A stretch of DNA of 64,000 bases from Squalus acanthias (lineage: Eukaryota), in assembly GCA_030390025.1 (NCBI GenBank), contig JASTWF010000034.1:3534001-3598000 (forward strand). Direction: 5' to 3'. The translations under genes were made by a program, and so were the position numbers. Of the stretch, positions 49,901-60,349 are shown one piece after another. The notes under the pieces were generated by a model that was given only the letters and a program-made list of their open reading frames with translations, was not told the origin of the DNA and searched no databases. How positions within the stretch are numbered: the first letter of the stretch is position 1; each line of letters begins with the position of its first letter.

Positions 49901-52900
49901 ACCTCCTTCGATCCCCCAGTACTGAACCCTGGGGAATTCCACCTCCCTCTCGCCCCCAGGACAGAACCCTGGGTCACTCCACTCTGTATCTCCCTTCAGC
50001 CCTCAGATCTGAACCCTGGGGAACACTGCTCTATACCTCCCTTCAGCACCCAGTACTGAATCCAGTGTTACTCTACAGTACACCTCCCTCCAGACCTCAG
50101 TACTGAGCCATGGGGAACTCCACTGTATACCTACCCACAGAAACCAGTATTGAAACCTGGGGAACTCCACGGTATACCTCCCTCCAGCCCTCAGTACTGC
50201 ACCCTAGGGCACTCCACTGTGTACCTCCCGACAGACACCAGTACTGAACCCTGGTGAACTACACTGTATACCTCCCTCCAGGCCCCAGTAGTGAACCCTG
50301 GGGAACTCCACTGCATACCTCCCTCGAGCCCCAGTACTGAACCCTGGGGACCGACACCGTATAACTCCAGGCCGAAACCAGTACTGAAGCCTGGGGAATT
50401 CTACTGTCACCCTCCCTCCAGACCCCAATATTGAACCCTGGGCAACTCCACTGTATACCTCCCTCCTGACCCCAGTACTGAACCCTGGGGAATCGCCCTG
50501 TAAACCTCCCACCAGACCCCAGTACTGAACCCGGGGGAACTCCAATGTATACCTCCCTCCAGAAACCAGTACTGAACCCTGGGGAACTCCACTGGAAACA
50601 TCCCTCCAGACCCCAGTACTGAACCCTGGGGGCTCCACTGATTACTTCGCTCGAGTCCACAGTACTGAAGCCTGGGGATCCGCACTGTATATCTCCCTCC
50701 AGCCCGCAATCCTGAACCTTGGGAATCGCCCTATAAACCTACCTCCAGAACCCAGTACTGAACCCTAGGGAACTAAACTGTATACCACCCTCCAGCCCGC
50801 AGTCCTGAACCCTGGGGTACTCCACTGTATACCCACCTCCACCCCTCAGTATTGACCCCTGGGGAACACCACTGTATACCTCCCCCCAGACTCCAGTAAT
50901 GAACCCTGGGGAACTCCACTGTATACCTTCCTCCAGCCCCCAGTACTGAACGCTGGGGAATTCCACTCTGTAGCTCTCTCCAGCTCCCACATCTGAACCC
51001 TGGGGAACTGTACTGTATATCTTTCTCCTGCCCCCAGATCTGATCCCTGGGGAACTTCACTCTATAGCTCCCTCCAGCCCCCAGATCTGTACCCTGGGCA
51101 ACTCGACTCTATATCTCCCTTCAGCGAACAGTACTGAAGCCTGGGTAACTCTACTGTATACCTCCCTCCAGACCTCAGTACGGAACCCTGGGGAACGCCC
51201 CTGTATACCTCCCTCCAGTCCGCAGTACGGAATCCTGGGGAACTCCACTCTATGGCTCCCTGCACCCCCCAAATCTGAACCCTGGGGAACTCTACTCGAT
51301 ACCTCCCTTCACCCCCCAGTACTGAACCCTGGGTTACTCTACTGTACTCCTCCCTCCAGACCTCAGTACTGAAACATGGGGAACTCCACTGTATACCTAC
51401 CTACAGAAACCAGTATTGAAACCTGGGGAACTCCACTGTATACCTCCCTCCAGCCCTCAGTACTGAACCCTGGGGCACTCCACTGTGTACTTCCCGACAG
51501 ACACCAGTACTGAACCCTGGGGAACTACACTGTATACCTCCCTCCAGGCCCCAGTAGTGAACCCTGGGGTACTCCACTGTATACCTCCCTCGAGCCCCAG
51601 TACTTAACCCTGGGGATCTCCACTGTACACCTTCCTCCAGCCCCCAGTAATGCACCCTGGGGTACTCTACTGTATACCTTCCTCCAGCCCCCAGTACTGA
51701 ACCCTGGGGAACGCCTCTGTGTACCTCCAGGCCGACACCAGTACTGAAGCCTGGGGAATTCTATTGTAAACCTCCCTCCAGACCCCAATATTGAACCCTG
51801 GGAAACTCCACTGTATACCTCCCTCGAGCCCCAGTACTGAACCCTGGAGAACTCCACTGTACACCTTCCTCCACCCCCCAGTAATGAACCCTGGCGTACT
51901 CTACTGTATACCTTCCTCCAGCCCCCAGTACTGAGCCCTGGGGAACGCCACTGTATACCTCCAGGCCTACACCAGTACTGAAGCCTGGGGAATTCTACTG
52001 TAAACCTCCCTCCAGACCCCAATATTGAACCCTGGGCAACTCCACTGTATACCTCCCTCCTGACACCAGTACTGAACCCTGGGGAATCGCCCTGTACACC
52101 TCCCACCAGCCCCCAGTACTGAACCCTGTGGAACTCCACTGTATACCTCCCTCCAGACCCCAGTACTGAACCCTGGGGGACTCCACTGATTACTTCGCTC
52201 GAGTCCACAGTACTGAACCCTGGGGATCGCCACTGTATATCTCCCTCCAGCCCGCAGTACTGAACCCTGGGGAATAGCCCTGTAAACCTCCCTCCAGAAC
52301 CCAGTACTGAACCCAAGGGAACTACACTGTATACCACCATCCAGCCCGCAATCCTGAACCCTGGGGAACTCCACTGTATACCTTCCTCCAGCCCCCAGTA
52401 CTGAACGCTGGGGAACTCCACTCCATAGCTCCCTCCAGCCCCCACATCTGAACCCTGGGGAACTGTACTGTATATCTTTCTTATGCCCCCAGATCTGAAC
52501 CCTGGGGAGCTCTACTCTATAGGTCCCTCATTCCCCCGATCTGTACCCTGGGGAACTCTACTGTATTCCTCTCTTCAGCGACCAGTACTGAAGCCTGCGT
52601 TACTCTACTGTATACCTCCCTCCAGACCTCAGTACTGAACCCAGGGGAAGTCCGCTGAATACCTCCCTCCAGCCTGCAGTACTGAACCTTGGGGAAATCT
52701 ACTGTATACCTCCGCCAACACCAGTACTGATACCTGGGGATCTCCACTGTATAACTCCTTCAAGAACCCCATTACTGAACCCTTTGAAATTCCACTGTAT
52801 ACCTCCCACCAGACACTAGTACTGAACCCTGGAGGAACTCCACTGTATACCTCCCGTCAAACACCAGCACTGAACCCTGGGTAACTCCACTGTATACCTC

Positions 52901-53612
52901 CCTCCAGGCAATGCTGCTGAACCCTGGGGAACTCCACTGTATACGGCCCTCCAGCAACGAATACTGAACCCTGGTGAAATTCACTGTATAACTCCCTCCA
53001 GACCCTGCTACTGAACCCTGGGGAAATCCACTGTATACCTCCCTCCAGACCCCAGTACTGAACCCTCGGGAACTCCACTGTATACCTCCCTCCAGACCCC
53101 AGTACTGAACCCTGGGGAACTCCACAGTTTAACTCCACCCCGACCCCAGTACTGAACCCTGGGGAGCTCCACTGTATACCTCCCTCTCGCCCCCAGGACA
53201 GAACCCTGAGGAACTCTACTGTTTACCTCCCTCGAGCACCAGTACTGAACCCTGGGAATCGCCCTTTAAACCTACTTCCAGACCCCAGTTCTGCACGCTG
53301 GGGAATTCCACTGTATACATCACCCCAGACACCAGCACTGAACCCTGGTGAACGCCACTGTGTACCTCCCTCCAGACGCCAGTACTGAACCCTGGGGAAC
53401 TCCACTGTATACCTCCCTCCAGCACCCAGTACTGAACCCTGGTGAACTCCAATGTATACCTCCCCCCGACACCAGTACTGAGCCCTGGGGAACTGCACTG
53501 TATACCTCCCTCCAGACACCAGTACTGTTCCCTGTGGAACTCCGCTGTACCTGTTCCTCCATCCCGTAATACTGAACACTGGGGAACTCCACTATTCACC
53601 TCCCTCCAGCCC
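40928..53612. repeat. 47-bp satellite (~270 units) derived from CR1 RT coding sequence; unit CCCAGTACTGAACCCTGGGGAACTCCACTGTATACCTCCCTCCAGCC
   Basis: Period 47, e.g. 46981 and 47028. The minus strand reads WREVYSGVPQGSVLG in one frame. Confidence 0.97.
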
Positions 53613-53832
53613 GAAGACAGCCATTCAGCTTATTGATAAATTGGACTTGAAAACTAAAACACAGGTTGCAGAGTAGGCTCGGGAGGCTCTATGACGTACT
53701 CCTGCTGTTATTGATTATTTTATTCAGCACGTTGTAATTATTTGTAAAAATTGACATATTAAGCAACAGAAGGGAAACGAGAGACAGTTATTTAAATTTG
53801 AACTGATAAATAATACACTAGTCAATAAAGTT

Positions 53833-54115
53833 AGTTAATTGTTAAATTGGGTATGATAACCAATACACAGTGTAAAATTGTCACAGTTAATTGTTAAATT
53901 GGGTATGATAACCAATACCCAGGGTAAAACTGTCACAGTTAATTGTTAAATTGGGTATGATAACCAATACACAGGGTAAAACCGTCACAGTTAACTGTTA
54001 AATTGGGTATGATAACCAATACACAAGTTTAAACTGCCGCAGCTAATTGTTAAATTGGGTATGATAGCCAATAAACGAGGGAGTAAAGTCTATTGTTAAT
54101 TCTTAAATTGGACAT
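53833..54115. repeat. 52-bp AT-rich tandem repeat AGTTAATTGTTAAATTGGGTATGATAACCAATACACAGGGTAAAACTGTCAC (~5.5 copies)
   Basis: Unit starts at 53833, 53885 and 53937. Confidence 0.9.
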
Positions 54116-54129
54116 CAGCAATAACCAAC

Positions 54130-57100
54130 AACAACTTACATTTATATAGCGTCTTTAACGTAGTAAAACGTCCCAAGGCGCTTCACAGGAGTGCTATCAA
54201 ACAGCATTTGACATCGAGCTACATAAAGAGATATTTGGGCAGATAACCAAAAACTTGGTCAAAGAGATAGCTTTTAAGGAGCGTCTTGATGGAGGAGAGA
54301 GAGGCAGAGAGGTTTACGGACAGAATTCCAGAGCTTAAGGCCCAGGCAGCTGAAGGCAGGGCCACCAATGGTGGAGCGATTAAAATCAGGGATACATTGA
54401 GAGGGGCATTGAGAGAGACATTGACTGAAACATAGGGAGGGCCATAGAGAGGGAGAGAGACAGGCAGAGACAAGGAGAGAAATAGAAACAAAGAGAGTGG
54501 GCAGTTGAGAGAAAGAAGCAGACAGACAGACAGTCAGGGGGAGAGCCATAGACAGCCAGACAGAGACAGAGAGGTGGAGAGAGGCAGAGAGATACAGAGG
54601 GAAGAGAAAGACAGGGATAGGTATGGAGAGTTAGAAAATAGGAACATAAGAAATAGGAGCAGGAGTAGGCCATTTGGCCCATCGACCCTGCTCCGCCATT
54701 CAATAAGATCATGGTTGATCTTTTACCTCATCTCCACTTTCCTGAACTATCCCCATATCCCTTGATTTTCTTAATATTCAAAAATCTATCGTCCACAGCC
54801 CTCTGGGGTAGAGAATTGCAAATATTCCCCACCCACTGAGTGAAGAAATGTCTCCTCATCACGGACCTAACTGGCCGACCCCATATTCTGAGACTGTGAC
54901 CCCTGGTTCTAGACTCCCTTGCCAGGGGAAACATCCTCCCTGCATTTACCCTGTTAAGACCTCTAAGAATTGTATGTTTCCATGAGATCACCTCTCATTC
55001 TTCTAAATTGTAGAGAATATAGGCCTAGTCTACTCAATCTGTTCTCATAGAACAATCCCCCCATCCCAGGAACCAGTTTGGTGAACCTTCGTTGCACTCC
55101 CTCATTGGCAAATTTATCCTTCCTTTGGTAAGGAGATCAAAACTGTACACAATACTCCAGGTGTGGTCTCACCAGGGCCCTATATAATTGCAGTAAGACG
55201 TCTTTACTCTTATACTCAAATGCTCTTGTAATAAAGGCCAACATACCATTTGCTTTCCTAATTGTTTGCTGTACCTGCATGTTAACTTTCAGTGATACAT
55301 GTACAAGGACACCCAGGTCACTCTGAACACCAACATTTCCCAATCTCTCACCATTTAAAAAATACCTTGCTTTGCTATTTTTCCTAACTTCACATTTCGA
55401 CACATTATATTCCATTTGCCATGTTCTTGCCCACTCACTTAGCCTATATATCCCCTTGAAGTCTCCTTGCATCCTCCTCACAACTTACATTCCCACCCAG
55501 CTTTGTATCATCAGCAAACTTGGATATATTACATTTGCTCCCCTCATCCAAATGATTGATATAGATTGTGAAAAGCTGAGTCCCAAGCACTGATTCTTGC
55601 GGTACCCCACTAGTTACAGCCTGCCAACCCGAATATGACTCGTTTATTGCTGCTCTCTGTTTTCTGCCCGTTAATCAATCCTCAATCCATGCTAGAATAT
55701 TACCCCCAATCCCATTTTTTTTAATAACCTCTTGTGTGGCACCTTATCGAATGTCTTCTGAAAATCCAAATCCACCACATCTACAGGCTCCTCCTTATCT
55801 ATTCTGCTAGTTACAACCTCAAAAAACTCTAACAAATTTGTCAAACACGATTTCCCTTTCATAAATCCATGTTGAATCTGCCCAATCCTATTATAATTTT
55901 CTAAGTGCCCTGTTACTGCGTCCTTAATAATATATTTCAGCATTTTCCCTACTTGTGATGTCAGGATAACTGGTCTGTAGTTCCCCGTTTTCTCTCTCCC
56001 TCCTTTCTTAAATAGCGGGGTTACATTTGCTACATTCCAATCCGCGGCAAACGTTCTAAACCCGATGCAATTTATGGAATTTAATCTGCCATCTATTTTG
56101 TTTTTCTTTTTTAATCATTCATGGGCTGTGGTCATCGCTGGCAGGCCTAGCATTTATTGCCCATCCCTAGTTGCACTTGAGATGGTGGTGGTGAACCGCT
56201 GCAGTCCGTGATGGAAAGGCACTCCCACAGTGCTGTTATGGAGGGAGTTGCAGGATTTTGACCCAGCGACAATGAAGGAATGGTGATATACTTCCAAGTC
56301 AGGATGGTGTGTGACTTGGTGGGGAAGTTACAGGTGATGGTGTTCCCATGCTCCTGCTGCCCTTGTCCTTCAAGGTGGTAGAGGCTGCGGGTTTGGGAGG
56401 TACTGCCGAAGAAACCTTGGCAAGTTGCTGCAGTGCATCTTGTAGATGGCACACACCGCAGTCACGGTGCGCCGGTGGTGGAGGGAGTGAATGTTTAAGA
56501 ACATAAGAAATAGGAGCAGGAGTAGGCCTCCTCTTTCCAAGGAAAACAAACCAACTTATCCCAGTTAATATTGGGGTATTTGTAATTCCCTACTATTACT
56601 ACCCTATAGTTTTTGCACTTCACATAAATCTGTCGACATATTTGCTCTTCTATCTCCCTCTCACCGTTTGGGGGTCTGTAGTACATCCCAGCAGTGTGAT
56701 TGCCCCTTTTTTGTTTTTCAATTCGGCCCATATTGCCTCGTTTGATGATCCGTCCAACATATCATCTCTCTTCACAGCTGTAATAGTTTCTTTAATCAAT
56801 ACCGCAACCCCTCTCCCTTTTTACCACCCTCGTTACCCCTTTAAAATGGTGGATGGGGTACCAATCAAGTGGGCTGCTTTGTCCTGGATGATGTCGAGTT
56901 ACTTGAGTGTTGTTGGAGCTGCACTCACCTAGAGAAGTGAAGAGTATTCTATCACACTCCTCACTTGTGCCTTGTAGATTGTGGAAAGGCTTTGGGGAGT
57001 CAGGAGGTGAGACACTCGCCGCAGAATACCCAGGCTTGACCTGCTATTTTAGCCACAGTATTTATGTGGCTGGTCCAGTTAAGGTCCTGGTCAATGGAAA

Positions 57101-58480
57101 CCCCCGTGATACTGATGGTGACGGATTTGGCGATGGTAATCTCATTGAATGTGAAGGGGGTGTGGCTCTTGTTGGAGATTGTCATTGCCTGGCACTTGTG
57201 TGGTGTGATTATTACTTGCCACTTATCAACCCAAGGCTGAATGTCATCCAGGTCTTGCTGCATGCGGACATGGACTGCTTCATTCTCTGAGGAGTTGCGA
57301 ATCGAACTGAATGCTGAGCAATCATCAGCGAACATCCCCACTTCTGACCATAGGATGGAGGGAAGGTAATTGATGAAATAGCTGAAGATGGTTGGGCCGA
57401 GGACACTGCCCGGATGTACTGCTGCAGCGATGTCCTGGGGCTGTGACGATTGACATCCAAAAACCACAACCATCTTCCTTAGTGCTGGGTATGACTCGAA
57501 CCAGTGGAAAGTTTTCTCTCTGCTTCCCATTGACTTCAATTTTACTAGGGCTCCTTGATGCCACACTCAGTCCAATGCTGCCTTGATGTCAAGGACAGTC
57601 GCTCTTTGTCCATGTTTGCACCAAGGCTGTAATGAGGTCTGGAGCCGAGTGGTCCAGGTGGAACTCAAACTGAGCATCAGTGAGCAGGTTATTGGTGAGT
57701 AAGTGCCACTTAATAACACTGTCGACGACACCTTTCATCACTTTGCGCATTTCACCAGTTTGTCTATGTCCTCCTGAAACCTACTACTATCCCGCTCAGT
57801 GTTCACTACATTTCCGAGTTTTGTGTTATCTGCAAACGTTCAAATTATGCCAATACATGTGTGTATATATGTCTATATTATTAATATATATCAAAAATTC
57901 AGTGGTCCGAATAGCGACATCTGGGGGATACCACTGTACACTTCCCTAAAGTCTGAACAACAACCGTTCACCACTATCCTCGGTTTTCTGTCCCTAAGAC
58001 AATGTCAGATCCGCACTGCCACTGTCCCTTTGGTTCTAACAAGTCTATTCAATTGTACTTCATCAAATGCAATTTTAAATTCCATATACACAACATCAAC
58101 CGCATTACCCTCATCAACCATTTCCGTTACTTCATCAAAGAACAAAAAACAAAGTTTGTCAGACACACTTTGCCGTTAACATATCCGTGCTGGTTGTCAT
58201 TTATTAATCCATGTTTTTTCCAAAGACAGGTAAATTTCTCCGGGAATATGGCCTCTAGCAGTTTCCCCACCACAGACGTTAGGCTGACTGGCCTGCAGTT
58301 ACAGGGTTTATCACTCTCTCCTTTTTTAAACAGGATGTAACATTTGCAACCCTCCAGTCCTCTGGCACTACTACCATACCCGAGGAGGATTGAAAGATTC
58401 TGGCCAGAGCCTGCGCTTTTTCCACCATTCCTTCCCTCAGCAATCCTCATACATCCCATCCGGACCGGGCAAATGTTCTA
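54130..58480 (-). mobile_element. Stack of LINE fragments: L2 3' end (54130-54395), CR1 (54635-56060), second CR1-group family (56105-57745, with a CR1 piece at ~56495-56845), CR1 (57750-58480)
   Basis: RT motifs [39 protein letters not shown] and MFADDC; family-specific 3' tails. Confidence 0.85.
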
Positions 58481-58513
58481 CTTTACTGTGGTACAAAAAG
58501 TGTTCAATTGAAA

Positions 58514-58714
58514 GGGGTTAACTGAAACTATTTGTTCAGTGACTGTAATTAATGTCAGTCTCCACGGGTTAACTGAAGCTGTTTGTTCAATGACTGTAAT
58601 TAATGTCAGTCTCCACGGGTTAACTGAAGCTGTTTGTTCAGAGACTGTAATTAATGTCAGTCTCCACGGGTTAACTGAAACTGTTTGTTCAGTGACTGTA
58701 ATTAATGTCAGTCT
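58514..58714 (+). promoter_or_regulatory. Four copies of the 51-bp tandem repeat upstream of gene B
   Basis: Reverse complement of the unit at 20294-20443, followed by CTAATTG and an AT-rich TTTTAATAA box at ~58755. Confidence 0.55.
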
Positions 58715-58892
58715 CAATGGACTCTAATTGTATCAGTGCAGGGTTTCCCTCTTCTTTTAATAAGGGACTCCTTTCAATGTGCTATCACATAGTGTCAGTG
58801 AGAGCATCACCTCCGGCACTAACAGGGATCAGCGCGCTGCTCCACAGAGAGTGTATAGGAATCTGAGAACAGTAGATTGGAATTTTACAACA

Positions 58893-59031
58893 ATGGGCAG
58901 GAGTTTCAGCTGGGCGTTTGACTATCTTTCAGAATATTATGATAGACTAACATTAGACTATCGGATAGAGTTGGCACTTCAGATAATTCAATGCATTTAC
59001 TATCCGCTCCTTGCTGCTGTTGGTGTTCCTG
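58893..59031 (+). CDS. GPR139-like GPCR gene B, coding exon 1 (exon 2 presumably beyond the window end)
   Basis: ACAACAATGG start context; MGRSFSWAFDYLSEYYDRLTLDYRIELALQIIQCIYYPLLAAVGVP, then G|GTAAGT donor at 59032. Homologous to gene A exon 1. Confidence 0.78.
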
Positions 59032-60349
59032 GTAAGTCTCTCTATCCAGCTATTTTATTAACCATGTTTTATTGTATTACTGTTCGTCTCATTTACTCTC
59101 CCCTCCTTGCTGCGGTTGTTGTTCTGGTAAGTCTCTCTATCCAGCTATTAACTCTGCAAACCTTTGCTAACTGTAGTACTATTCTTCATTCTTTGCTGCT
59201 GTTGGTGTCCCAGTAAGTCTCTATATCCAGAAATTGGATCTGTAATCCACGTTTCACTGTATTACTGTTTGTCATTTAAATCTTGGGAAGAGCGAAGCCA
59301 TTTTCTTCGGTCCTCGTCACAAACTCCATTCTCTATCTACCGATTCAGTCCCCCTCCCTGGTCAATGTCAGAGGCTGAACCAGTCTGTTTCCAACCTCTG
59401 CGATCTCTTTGTCCCTGAGTTGAGTTCCGAACTCATATATCTTCTGAATCATCATTCCTGCCGACTACCACTTCCACAATTTCACCCATCTCCACTCCAC
59501 CTCAGCCCTTCTGCTGCATAAACCCTCATCCGTGCCTTTGCTAAATTCAGACTCGACTAGTCCAATGCGCTCCTGGCCGGCCTCCCAGTAACAAGCCCCC
59601 ATAAACTAGAGCTCATCCAAAACTCTGCTGCCCGTCTCCTAACACGCATCATGTCCCGTTCACCCATCACCCCTGTGCTCACTGACCAACATTGGCTGCC
59701 GATCCGGCAACAACTCGATTTAAATATTCTTCTCCTCATGTTCAAATCCCACCATGGCCTCACCCCTGCAATTAGTCCCATTCTCTTGCTCTTTTCCCAT
59801 AGTCCTGCAATTGTTCCCCTTTAGGTATTTATCCAATTCCCCTTTTAAACTTAATTTATTTCCCTCTGTACCTCTCCCTGTCTTTCAGTCTCTATATTTC
59901 TTTCTTTCTTTCTCTCTTTCTCTCTCTCCCCCTCTTCTCTCCCACTCTTCTCTCTCCCTCTGCTCTCTCTCTCTGTCTCTTGCTCATAGAATCATAGAAC
60001 GGTACATCACAGACGGAGGGCATTCGGCCCATCGTCTCCATGCCGTCTCTTTGAAAGAGTTATCAATTCAGTCCTTCTCTTTCATCTGAGCCCCATAAAA
60101 AATTACCCTTTATTTAATTACCCCATTCCCTTTCGAAATTTACTATTGAATCTGCTTCCACCACGTTCTCAGTCAATGCATTCCAGATCAAAACTGACTG
60201 CGTAAAAAAAATTCTCATCTCTCCTCTGGTTCTTTTGCCAATTACTTTAAATTTGTTTCCTCTGGTTACCCACCATTCTGCCTCTGGAAACCGACTTACT
60301 TACTCTATCAAAACCCATTACAATCTGGAACATCTATATTAAATCTCCC

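Noticed and set aside
40882..53636. Dozens of 60-306 aa ORFs with RT-like GVPQGSVLG repeats
   Set aside because: The consensus 47-bp unit has no stop codon on the minus strand in any frame, so long ORFs arise automatically and cycle through three frames. There is no evidence of a real protein.
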